The translations under genes and the position numbers were made by a program. A model generated the notes under the pieces. That model was given only the letters and a program-made list of their open reading frames with translations. It was not told where the DNA came from and made no database searches. From assembly GCF_006345805.1 (NCBI RefSeq), contig NC_042998.1:198338001-198402000 (forward strand): 64,000 nt of DNA, in the 5' to 3' direction. Of this stretch, positions 33,551 to 45,880 are shown in pieces (the first letter of the stretch is position 1; every line of letters begins with the position of its first letter). The stretch comes from Octopus sinensis (taxonomy: Eukaryota).

Positions 33551-33582
<32 letters not shown>

Positions 33583-34488
33583 CACACACATATAAGTACA
33601 TATAAATCACAACAGTTAAAATTACCCCTAGTCCCACCAACACCTCAACTGTGTCATACACAACAAAAAAGAGACAAAGAGCAGCCAAACGCCAAGATCA
33701 CATGTTCATATGATGATGCAAGAATCCAATTTATTTTTCAATGAAAGTCTAAAGAGTCGTGACATATGTTCCTTGCTTGTCAACAGATGAAACATGTCCA
33801 ACGTACAGATCAAGCAACCATTTCAGCATAACAGAGAAGAGGAGAAGGAAGAGGAAGAGGAGGTGCAAAGGAGGGGGAGGGGAGATGAAGAAAACAATGG
33901 TAACAGGAGGAAGGGGGGAAGGAAGGAGGCAGAGATGGCAAAGTTTCAAAACTTTCCTTCAAATGACTGCTTGGCTCTGGTGACAATCTTATCTTGATGC
34001 AAAATAAGCTCATCTGATATTCAACATCCATATACGTATATGTGTGTGTGTGTGTTTGAGTGTGTATATGCACATATGTATATGAGTATATGTATACATG
34101 AGTGTGTGCATGTGTGTGTGTGTATATATATATATATATCACTGTGACCGACCGGACTATCAGATGTTGCTACACATCGCTGGTCACAATGCGCTTCACA
34201 CTGTTTTAGCCTTCAAATGACGCCACCCCGCTGGCTAAGCGATAAGGCCAACAGAAGAAAGAGCAAGAGAGAAAGTTGTGGCGAAAGAGTACAGTAGGGA
34301 TCGCCACCATCCCCTGCCGGAGCCTCGTGGAGCTTTAGGTGTTTACGCTCAATAAACACTCACAACGCCCGGTCTGGGAATCGAAACCGGGATTCTACAA
34401 CCGCGAGTCCGCTGCCCTAACCACTGGGCCATTGCACCTCCATTATATATATATATATACATAAATATATACATAAATATATACATAA

Positions 34489-34579
<91 letters not shown>

Positions 34580-34805
34580 TACACACACACATACATTTAT
34601 ATATATACAGGTTTAGATGTGTGGGTATACATGTGTGTACATATATCTAAACCTGGTTACAAGTTTGTTAACCCAAGAAATCGTAGGGGACACAAGCTCC
34701 CAGAATAAAAAAAAGAAAAGGGGGGGAAAAAGTACTTATCATGGTATGTGTCATAAACAGCCTCCGACAAACCCAACCCAACCAACTTGTGGCCTTCTCA
34801 AGCAG

Positions 34806-35190
34806 CTAAGCCTCTAAGCCTAGAGGAACTGTTTCTACTGACAGCAAAAGAGATGAAGGTAGTTGCTGGTGAAATAAAACCAGTTCTTCAGGTGGATGGA
34901 GCTGGTCAGATTGCAAAGGATGGGTCCATCTGAAAGAGTGCAAACTGATCCCAAATCTTTATGCCTTGCCATACATGTTCGTGTGAAAGGCTTCAGGGGT
35001 CAACCTGACCTGAGACACAATCCATGCGGTCTGTAAGGTAATCGGATCTTACATTGTTATAGTCTTTATTCTGGAAACTTCTACCAAAACATTGGTGCCA
35101 AACTGTATCAACCCTTGCCCATGGGAAACATAGGGGGCTTGAGGAAGAAACTGACTGTATGGGCAGTGGCTTATTTTCCACACAACCTTC
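34806..35190 (-). pseudogene. Exon-like pair of an unidentified gene or pseudogene
   Basis: 35053-35190 (TTTTAATCCTAG|138 nt|GTAAGA) joins in phase 2 to 34806-34929 after a 123-nt intron (CTCTTTCAG). A frameshifted paralog of the first exon lies at 31053-31192. No protein recognised. Confidence 0.25.
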
Positions 35191-35639
35191 CTAGGATTAA
35201 AACAGTATATAAATACATACATACATCATCATCGTTTAACGTCCGTTTTCCGCGCTAGCACGGGTTGGATGGTTCGACCGGGGTCTGGGAAGTCAGGGGC
35301 TGCACCAGGCTCCAGTCTGATCTGGCAGTGTTTCTACAGCTTGATGCCCTTCCTAACGCCAACCACTCCGCAAGTGTAGTGGGTGCTTTTTACGTGCCAC
35401 CTGCACAGGTGCCAGGGGGGTCTGGCATCGGCCACGATCGGTTGGAGCTTTTAACGTGCCACCGGAACGGAAGCCAGCCAAGGCGGCGCTGGCAACGGCC
35501 ACGTTTGGATGGTGCTTTTTATGTGCCACTGGCACTGGAGCCAGTCGAAGCGGCACTGGCAACGGCCACGTTCGGATGGTGCTTTTTATGTGCCACCGGC
35601 ACAGGTATCACAACTACTATTTCCATTGATATTTATTTC

Positions 35640-38600
35640 GATGTTCATGTTCATGTACTTGACTCAACAGGTCTCCTCAAGCACAGCGGGATGTTCTGAA
35701 ATCCAGGGTACTTTGAATGGGCAGGGGCTATGCGGAACTGGTGCAGGAAGCAGCCCGGGTCTTTGCAGTCACAGCATATCTCTAGAGATCTCGGTCCTTC
35801 GCCATTGCCTCAGTGAGGCCCAATGCTCTGAGGTCATGCTTGACTCCCTCATCCCATGTCTTCCTGGGTCTACCTCTCCCCCTGATACCTTCAACTGTTT
35901 GGGAGTGGCACTTCTTCACACATCTCTCCTCATCCATCCGCAGTACATGACCATACCATCACAAGCGTCGCTCTTGCACACTACATCTGATGCTTCTTAT
36001 GTCCAGCATTTCTCTCAGGGTGCTTACACTCTGTCGTGCGTGCACACTGACATTACACATCCAGCGGATCATGCTAGCTTCATTTCTTTCAAGTCTACGC
36101 ATGTCCTCTGCCGTCACAGCCCATGTTTCACTACCATGAAGCATGGCAGTTCGCACACATGCATCATACAATCTACCTTTCACTCTGAGCGAGAGACCCT
36201 TTGTCGCCAGTAGGGGTAGGAGCTTTCTGAACTTTGCCCAGGCTATTTGTATTCTAGTGGTGACACTCTCTGAGCATCCACCTCCACTACTAACTTGGTC
36301 ACCCAGGTAGTGGAACTATCAACTACTTCTAGTTTCTCCCCCTGGAGTGTGATGGAATCTGTTTTCTGAGTATTTGTGGTGTCTATTGTCCCTGTGCATC
36401 TGCCGCACATGAAAGCTATCTTATCAGTTAATTTCCCTTTGATGTTGCTGCACCTCTTATGCGTCCATAGCTTACATTGAGTGCATCTTATGGAGTTTCT
36501 ACCTACACCTTTCCTACAGATCGAGCAGGGCCACCTGCCCGAGGGTGTGTGTGCTGAATTTGCCTTTCTGCTTACTATAACTTTGGTCTTTGCTACATTT
36601 ACTCTAAGGCCCTTTAATTCTAACCCTTGCTTCCACACCCGAAATTTCTTTTCTAGTTCCGGTAGTGATTCTGCTATGAGAGCCAGGTCATCAGCATAGA
36701 GGAGCTCCCAGGGGCATCCTGTTTTGAATTCCTCTGTTATTGCCTGGAGGACTATGATGAATAAAAGGGGACTGAGGGCTGAGCCTTGGTGTACACTTTC
36801 TTCTACCCGGAATTCTTCACTATATTCGTTGCCAATCCTAACCTTGCTGACAGCCTCTCTGTATAGAGCCTGTACAGCCCTTATTAGCCATTCGTCAATC
36901 TCCAGTTTCTGCATCGACCACCAGATAAGGGATCGGGGGACCTTGTCAAAGGCTTTCTCCAAGTCCACAAAAGCTATGTAGAAGGGTTTATCTTTAGCTA
37001 GGTACTTCTCCTGCAGTTGTCGGACCAGGAATATAGCATCAGTGGTGCTTCTACCCGGCACTAAACCGAACTGCATCTCATCTAAGCAAATTCTCTCCCT
37101 AATGAGATGGGTTATGACCCTCTCTGTGACCTTCATCACCTGATCCAACAGTTTAATACCCCTGTAGTTATTTCTATCTAGAGCATCACCCTTACCCTTG
37201 TAGCAGTTGACTATGGTGCTGCTACGCCAGTCATTGGGTATGACTCCATTATGAACTACCTGGTTTATAATGCAGGTGACTAGGCCATAGCCCACATAGC
37301 CAGCTGTTTTAAGCATCTCAGCAGTGATTCCTGATGGGCCGGGGCTTTACCTGGTTTCATATCCTTAATTGCCTTAACTACAAGGGAGCTGTCTATTCGG
37401 ATAGCTGGTCCCTCTACTGGGTCAACATTTGGCAGGCTCTCCTCCTCCCATTCATTCTCCTCATTCAGCAGTCTTTCATAATAGCTTCTCCAAGCCTCTT
37501 TCTTTTCACCAACATTAAAAGCAAGCGCCCTATCATCCATGTAGACACATTTCTCTCCTGTAACATCACTATTTTCTCTCACACACTGTCTAGCAATCCG
37601 AAATACCTCAGCTCTTTGGTCCTCACATCGCTGGACATTGGCAAACTTCTTCTTTTCTGCTACATCTTTGACTATGTATACCTGCCGCCCAGCCTCCCTT
37701 TTGGCTACCTGGTACAATTCCCTGCTACCCCCATGCCTCCAGGCCTTCCAGGCCTGTCTCTTTGCACTAATGGCTTTGTCTGCTGCACTATTCCACCACC
37801 ACGTAACTCTAGGTCTGGAAGGGACTTTGCACCATCTACAGACTTGGTCTGTGGCACTCAGCAAGCTGTCCCATAGGAATTCCCAGCTACCTTCTATGTC
37901 CGACGTCTGAAGCTCCTCCTCCCTCTCATCAAATTTCTTGATGAGGATGTCCCTAAATCTCTGACCATGTGATGGGTTCTTTAGCTTCCAAATCCTTCTT
38001 TTCTGGATTGGTTTGTTTCTTGGAGTCCTTCTGGCCTCAAGCTTAAAGTCACTGATGATTAGCCTATGCTGAGGGATACATTCTTCACCCGGGAGGGTCT
38101 TTGTATTTAAGAGGGACCCTGCATCCCGCTGTCTGGTGAGGATGAAGTCTATTTGGCTAGCGGATTCTCTTGACTGATAGGTTATAAGGTGGCAGTCAGG
38201 CTTCCTGAAGTTAGTGTTGCAGATTAAAAGGTTACATGCATCACAGAATTCCAGTAGTCTAGTTCCCTCATCATTTCTGGTGCCAATACCATGGCCACCG
38301 TGTACCCCAGTGAAGATACCCGATTCCCGCCCAACATGCCCATTAAAGTCTTCACCCACAAAGATGAGGTCCTTGCTACTAGTCTTTGAGGTAGCCTGTA
38401 GAAGGGTATCATAAAAGTGGTCCTTCTGATCATTTGGTAGTCCCGCTTGTGGGCATAGGCAGAGATAATTGTAGCTGTGCCACTCTGTAGGACTAACCTG
38501 AGCTTAAGCACTCTATCGCAAACCCTGACAACCTCTATGACCTTATCCACCCATTTCTCCGCAAGGAGAATGCCTACACCCCCTACACCATCCATGTTAC

Positions 38601-38850
38601 CTTGCCAGAAGACTTTATACCTATGTGCCTTGCCGGTGAGGACCCTAGCTGAAGCACCTCTCCATCTTACTTCTTGTATGCAGCATACATCAACCCGTCT
38701 TCTCTCAAGCATCTCTACAATCTCACTAGACCTACCTTTCAATGTACCAACATTGACAGTGCCAACTCTGAAAACTGGGAAGGAGATGTGGGGAGGAGGG
38801 GAGCAATTCAGCACCTGAAAAGAAGAGGGTTGTTGTGGTGGTGATCGTTT
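35640..38850 (-). mobile_element. Near full-length RTE-clade LINE (APE endonuclease + RT) with three 1-bp frameshifts and two nonsense codons
   Basis: GTVNVGTL..DVCCIQEVRW, GEDFNGHVG, QIDFIL (APE); RNNYRGIKLL, AFVDLEKAFD, HQGSALSP, LLYADDLAL (RT); a Cys-rich CSIC..CTQC..H..C..C insert; RL*WYGHV..RGRPRKTW; (ACATGA)n 3' tail. Confidence 0.92.
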
Positions 38851-38902
38851 TTTATATGCATACACACACATATATATATATATATATATATTTTATATGC
38901 AT

Positions 38903-38951
<49 letters not shown>

Positions 38952-39803
38952 CATATATAGATACACACATGTATACATATGAATTTACAAATAAAAGCAA
39001 AATATACTCAAATTGGAAATAGGGTGTTATTAATTATAGAAATGCTGAAATTGCTCTGCTGCTGCACTGGGTCTTACAAGCATCCTTATTGAGTACATAT
39101 TTATACTTGGTAAGGATACTAAAAAATTCAGAGTAGCAACAGAATAATTTCAGCAATACTATAGGTAGATAGATAAATAGATTGACAGATGGATATAGAT
39201 ATATAGATAGCTTCAGCCAAAAATTTATAAATATATATAGACAGAAAGAAAATGGAAAATGACTGAAGAGCCATTTGAGAACTGAACCTATGTACTTTGG
39301 GTAACGGTCAGTGTGAATGGGTCTTAGGGACCAGTCACTAACTTTCAGTCTCGGCTCTCTAAAGAAAAAATCCATTTTCTTCTGGCCTGTGTGTGTGTGT
39401 GTATGTGCACATGCTAGTGTGTGAATGTCCTCACACATCTGCTAAAAGCTGGCCTTGCAGGGCAATAAAGAGCAGTCATTGAGGATTTTTTGTCTCCGAG
39501 GAGGGGTGGGGGTAATGGAGTGTGGGAAGGAATTGGGGGTAATAAGGTGATATAAATAAATCATTTCAATCAACATGGCTTCTAGCCACTTTGTCCCTTC
39601 ATCCATCCATCCATCCATCCATACATTCATTCTCTTTTTGTATTTTCATGTGCATGCAAACATGTGTGTGTGTATACATGTATGCATGTGCGTGTGTGTG
39701 TGTGTGAGTGTGTGTGTGCGCTTCTTTCCTTCTGCAACACTGGTTTTGAGGCAGGAGAAAAGTGTAACGTTGTATTGCCAATTTGTCTTGTTTTGGCTTC
39801 AGT

Positions 39804-39870
39804 TCAAGCAGCTTGGCTGGAATGAGTTGATGCCACAGCTAATAGCAATGGAATATCACTGGCATCAAAC
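39804..39870 (-). CDS. FNIP1: FNIP last exon
   Basis: [21 protein letters not shown]. Confidence 0.9.
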
Positions 39871-42800
39871 CTGAAAATAAGGAAGAAAAGAAGCATTTTT
39901 AAAATATATTCTAAAAGATGACAACAAGTAGAGGTTAACTATACAAAATATGTCAACAAGAAAATTTCTACATTTTGTCTTTTTAATGTAGCAAAATCAG
40001 TCAACAATCACCTTCTATGAGGTAATGCATAATTAATTCAAAGCAATGGGAATAAAATAAGTGTCACGCTTGAATGCTAAAAAGTAAAGAGCTTATAAGA
40101 AGGACCAAAAGCTGCTCAAGGAAAACAGATGGAGTTTCATCAGAAACTGACCAAGCAACTCATTATTAAGACTGATTGGAGTTACTTAACAACTACAGCA
40201 TCATCATCATTTAACGTCCGTTTTCCATGTTAGCATGGGTTGGACGGTTTGACCAGGGTCTGGGAAGCCATGGAGGCTGCACCAGGCTCCAGTCTGGTTT
40301 GGCAGTGTTTCTACAGCTGGATGTCCTTCCTAACGCCAACCACTCCGTGAGAGTAGTGAGTGCTTTTATGTGCCACCGGCACAGAGGCCAGAGGAGGCTG
40401 GTAAATGGCCACAAACAGTTGGTGCTATTATGTGTCACCGACACAGACGCCAGTCAGGTGGCGCTGGCATCTGCCATGTTCGGATGGTGCTTTTTACGTG
40501 TCACCAGCACAGGTGATAACAAAGGCAAAATACCTAAATTTTAATTTCATATGCAGCAAATTAAATTACCATTTTTTAATAATTGTTGCTGCTTATATCT
40601 TAGCTGCTTTGCTAATTTTGCAATTAGTTATAAATTATTAGAACAACCATAACAATTTAGAAGCCATTTACTCAAGTCTGAGATAAATGGGACATATGTT
40701 GTAGAGTAAAACAGACTGAGACAAAAAGATTAGTATGTAGTATGTTAACCCCCACAGCTAAACACCATTTACAGGTAGGTATAAAGATTGAAGACAGCAA
40801 GCAAGAGATTCTAAAGAGCAGATCTATATAGTGTCTAAAATTAGTAAAAGTGAGAACACTTACCCCAACATTGTTGTCAGTTCCTTCATAGAGGGTTTGT
40901 TAATTCCATGAGCATATTCTACCAACATCATACTCTTGAAGTAGATCTCTTGTAGACGATCTTCAAGATGCATCATACACTGTTATAATAAACAACAAGG
41001 TGACATATTTACTATCCAAGCTTATGACAGATGAATACAATATAGAATGAATTACAATATATACAATGAATAGATTGTATATAGGAAGATTGGTTCTAAA
41101 TAAGTGAAAGTTCACTAGAGAGAAAAGCAGTGTCTGTTTAAGGTGGACAGTTACCAATAAGCAAACAAACAGACGATAAGGTTCCTGACTAAAACAAAAG
41201 ACAAATGTAGGGTAACAGCTTTTAATAATAATAATAATGATGAAATTATTATACAGTGCTCAGGTGCATCACTACTTGTCAAGAGTGCATATAAAGCGTA
41301 TGCAGTAATGTACAAATGTCTGGGAAGCGAACAATGCTTGCGTGTGTATGGAGGGGAGAAAATCAGGTGTAGTGTTGGCGAATCTCGGGAAGCATGGAAG
41401 TTTTGAAGGATGCAGTGCTCCAACAATTAACAACGAATGCCGGCAGTTTATTCCATGCTTCAGCAACTCTTAGCGTGAAAAAATGTTTCCTAAAGTCATG
41501 GGAGCTGTGCTGTTTTCTGACTTTGTAAACATGTCCACAGGTGTTAGACAGGTGGAGTTTGAAAAGGTGCTCAGAGTTATTGTTTGTAAGATGGTTAATA
41601 ATTTTATGGGTGTCTGCCAAGTCAGCTGCCAGACGTCGGAGTTTCTATGTGTCCATGCCCAGGGAAGTAAGGCATTCAGAATATGGCAAATGCCTGATGG
41701 AGGGTATTCTTTTGGTTGCACGTCGCTGAACAGGAAAACCATACAGAAAAATTAAATTGTTCATATGTCTTGTCACATGGTAAGAGACAATTTATTCAAT
41801 AGATATTTGAAGTGTGGTAGACAAAAAGACAGAGAGGGCTCTATATAGATAGACAAATATGGCTAGGGCCATATCTGGTTATTTAGATTTGTCATGAAAT
41901 TAAGCATCTTGATGAGACCAGAGAGTCTTTATTGCAGCTTGGAATTAGAACTGAACAAGGAATTTTTGTTGTATTTTTCCATAACAGTTCATCAGGATTA
42001 TGTAACTTGTACTATTTAAAATCTTGTTGGTATTTTAATAAGTAACCTTCCGTAGTATTATCTGGTAGTTTGGAAGGGAGGGATAAAGAAATGCAAATAA
42101 ATTGTTAACTAACAACAAAACCAGTCAGTTTCAGTCCCATTCAAAGCTGCCAGAGAAAAAAAAACCATGTGGCTTTAACATGGGACATAATTTAACTATG
42201 AGACTAATTATATATGGATATGATTGTGGCCACTGCCAGCCTCGTCTGGCACCTGTAAAGGTGGCACGTAAATAGCACCCACTACGCTCACGGAGTGGTT
42301 GGCGTTAGGAAGGGCATCCAGCTGTAGAAACACTTCCAGATCAGACTGGAGCCTGGTGCAGCCTTCTGGCTTCCCAGACCCCAGTTGAACCGTCCAACCC
42401 ATGCTAGCATGGAAAGCAGATGTTAAACGATGATGATGAATGCATACTAATTTATCATACTATTAAGTTTTGACATTTAAAACAAGGAGTATTAAAAGGC
42501 AAACCTTCCCCTATTGCCCTCTCTCTCTCTTCCTCCATTCCTCCCTTCCATACTACTCTCTCTTCATTGGTCCCTTCTCTATCATGTATTGACATCCTTC
42601 ACTCTTTCATCACCCAACCATCTTGTAGCTCTCTATTACAATCTCAGTCTTATTACCCTTAGCCGTATCCTTTCTATTCCTCACCAACAGCCATCATATA
42701 TATTTCTTTACCACCCACAAGGGGCTAAACATAGAGGGGACAAACAAGGACAGACAATCGGATTAAGTCGATTACATCGACCCCAGCACAAAACTGGTAC

Positions 42801-45800
42801 TTTATTTATCGACCCCGAAAGGATGAAAGGCAGAATTTGAACTCAGAACGTAACGGCAGACGAAATACTGCTAAGCATTACGCCCGGCGTGCTAACATGT
42901 CTGCCAGCTCGCCGCCTTATAGCCATCATATAGCAGTCTACCTAACTATCACTCTCTCTCACCTAACCCCCCCCCCAAGTTCTCCTATATTACTCTCTCT
43001 CTCTCTGTTCTATCACTCTCACTTTCTCCTATCCTGTTGGTTTAGAAAGGAATGAATGAATACACAACAAAGGGGAGAGAGAAGTCTTCTGGTCTTGTTG
43101 AAGACAATGCTGTCTCTAAAACTGGTGCCACGATAAAATGAACTCCATCCACTCTGTGAATGGATTGGTGAGAAGAAAAAGCATCCAGTGATTGAAACTA
43201 TGCCAAAAACAAAGTATACAAGTGAGATGTGGTCCAAAGAAGCACTGATATTTAGACTGTGTCTATGTGTTCAATCCATGTCGGCACAAAAAGTGAGTGT
43301 TAAAATGATGATTATAAGAAAAAAGACTTAGTACAAAAATATTTCTTCTCTCAAAATTTTTATTTTCCTATAAAAGAAGGAAGTGATTCCACTTACAAAT
43401 TCAGGGCTCATCTTTAGTTTCCACAGATCTGACACAGATTCGACCATATCACAGACTAGGCGAGAAGCAGAGCAAGGGATTGGAGATTTATCAATTCTGC
43501 AGCTACTGGCAATGCTAACATTCCTGTAATCAAGAAAGGAAAAACAAATGATATTCTTACCAAAGCTAACTGGAATATTAACTAAAATATAATTTACAGT
43601 AGTTATCAAGGTAAGTAAACTGCACAAAATATCTTTTTTCAATGTCAAAAACGTAAGACTGTTTGGAGAGAAGTTAGAATAAAGTTCCCTGTTAGGGAGG
43701 TAAACAAACCACTTCTCTTCTACCAAAAATACTGCTAACTTCTTCAAAAGAAACACAAAGACCCTTGCAATTGGGACTGGATCTGTGTACAATATTAAGT
43801 ACTCATGGTGAGATGTAGTGTCATTAGGCAAAACCATACCAGTTACAGATACTATGATACTGATTTCTAGGCTTGCTCTTCCTTCCGTAGAAGAAAAAAA
43901 TTCAAATCGGACCATGTTAACACCAAAAATTATTTACATCAAAAAGGTACTTTTTTTTCTATGAAAATCCCTATTTTTTAATGACTTTTTGACTGTTGTG
44001 TCGCCATTTTTCGGTGTATTTCAACCAGAAAAATGTTCACTTAAAGAGAATAACAAGCTACTTAATGCAAAATTTTTACTTTTCAAAAATTCTAATTCTA
44101 AAGGGTCGAAACAAACCCGAGCAATGCCGGGCGATCCTGCTAGTAATGAACATAATGATGACAGTAATGACAGAAGTGCTGCAGTTGGTGCCAAAATGAT
44201 GACAACCAATAATGAAGAGCCGGAAGTAATACGTACCATTCATCAGTGTTTGCTAAAATACACACAGCTTCTGTGATAGGTTCATCCAAGATAGAGTGCT
44301 GAAAAGAAACAGAAGAAAAGATGTAAAACAAACAATAGCATTGTAGTTGTGATGCTGAGCTACTATCAAAGCAGGAGCTGAAATTCTACTCGTGACTTCA
44401 GTGTTGAAGAACAAATCAGCAGTAGAAGATGCTTGGCTGTCAAAGAGACAATACCGTCACTATTTCTATTCAGTTAATGACAATTATCTCCAACAATACA
44501 GTGCGAGACCAGTGCAGAATCACCTCCCTCTGACAAGTCATCCTAACAAGACGTCTGCATTGGCTGGGTCATGCCCTCCGTCGTCAACCAGGAGAATTCA
44601 TCTATGAAGCAATTGCCCCAGCTCCCCTTCAGGTTTGGTGAAAGCGATGTGGTGGACAATGAAAAACCTGGTTGATGACAGTCAAGGCTGATCTGGAACC
44701 CAACCTAGGCCCCCGAATCTACGGCGTTCACCGCTGGAATAAGGAGTGGTTGGAGATCACGCAGTTGTTAGCCTCAAATCGCCAGGCCTGGTCAGCGTTT
44801 GGGAGAGATGCAGCATTGAGGATGGATGAAGCCAGCTCAACCCACTCCAGGTGAATGTTGTCTCAAGACAAGAAGAAGAAGGATTATGTGTTGTCTTTGA
44901 TTATTATCAGAAAATTGGCACAGTCCATATTACCCAGCATCACGAAATCCTTGAATAACAAACTGAATGTTCTGTTACATTGATAAACTGCGACACATCA
45001 GTTTAACATAATAATTTCAAAACTTCCATGCTTCCTGAGATTCACCAACACTACACCTGATTTTCTCCTCTCCATACACACGCAAGCATGTATCTGACTC
45101 ATACACTGTTCACTTTCCAGACATTTTTACATTACTGCACATGCTTTATATGCACTTTTGACAAGTTGTGGTGCACCTGAGCACTGTATACAATAATGTG
45201 CCGGTGGCACGTAAAAAGCACCCACTACACTCACAGAGTGGTTGGCGTTAGGAAGGGCATCCAGCTGTAGAAACTCTGCCAGATCAAGATTGGAGCCTGA
45301 TGCAGCTTTCTGGTTTCCCAGACCCCAGTTGAACCGTCCAACCCATGCTAGCATGGAAAATGGACGTTAAACGACGACGATGATGATGATTATATTCTGA
45401 TTGTCACACTTCATTCCACATGTCTACATTAATCTCACTGCACCCTATATACAAGTCCTTACTACAACACACCCTACACAACATGTCCTTATCACCAGAC
45501 CACACCAGACACATGTCATCACCACCACCACACTGCCTCTCGCACTGTATGACCACACTAACACATTCACATGCCATCAATATCACACTACATCCCAAAC
45601 ATATCAGGACAACCACACCACAGTTCACACCTGTCTTTATTACCCTGCTCTCTCAAACATACTCCTTGAAGTGAAAGAATGAGACAATTAATGTGCTGGG
45701 CCTACAGAACCTTTCTAAGCATTAGCAAAATCTGTTGCAGCAGGAATATAACCGCTACAAGTCTACAGTAGCTAATATAACCTCAAGTATTTACATTATT

Positions 45801-45841
45801 GAAAAACTGACCACAATTACCTCACAACTACCACAGATGTC

Positions 45842-45880
<39 letters not shown>

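Larger units (their letters stand above)
31261..34480. repeat. Recent tandem duplication, two units of about 1.68 kb
   Basis: Offset 1683-1689 bp. Each unit is an AT-rich palindrome + Helitron + unique segment + SINE D + (TA)n. Only scattered substitutions. Confidence 0.9.

Noticed and set aside
43328-43915. 195-aa ORF as a stand-alone gene
   Set aside because: Only 43397-43523 is FNIP-like and bounded by splice sites; the rest is open intron. The same applies to ORFs 54741-55316, 58569-58814 and 48956-49273.
45401-45682. Thr/His-rich overlapping ORFs
   Set aside because: Low-complexity CA-rich sequence with no splice or homology support.
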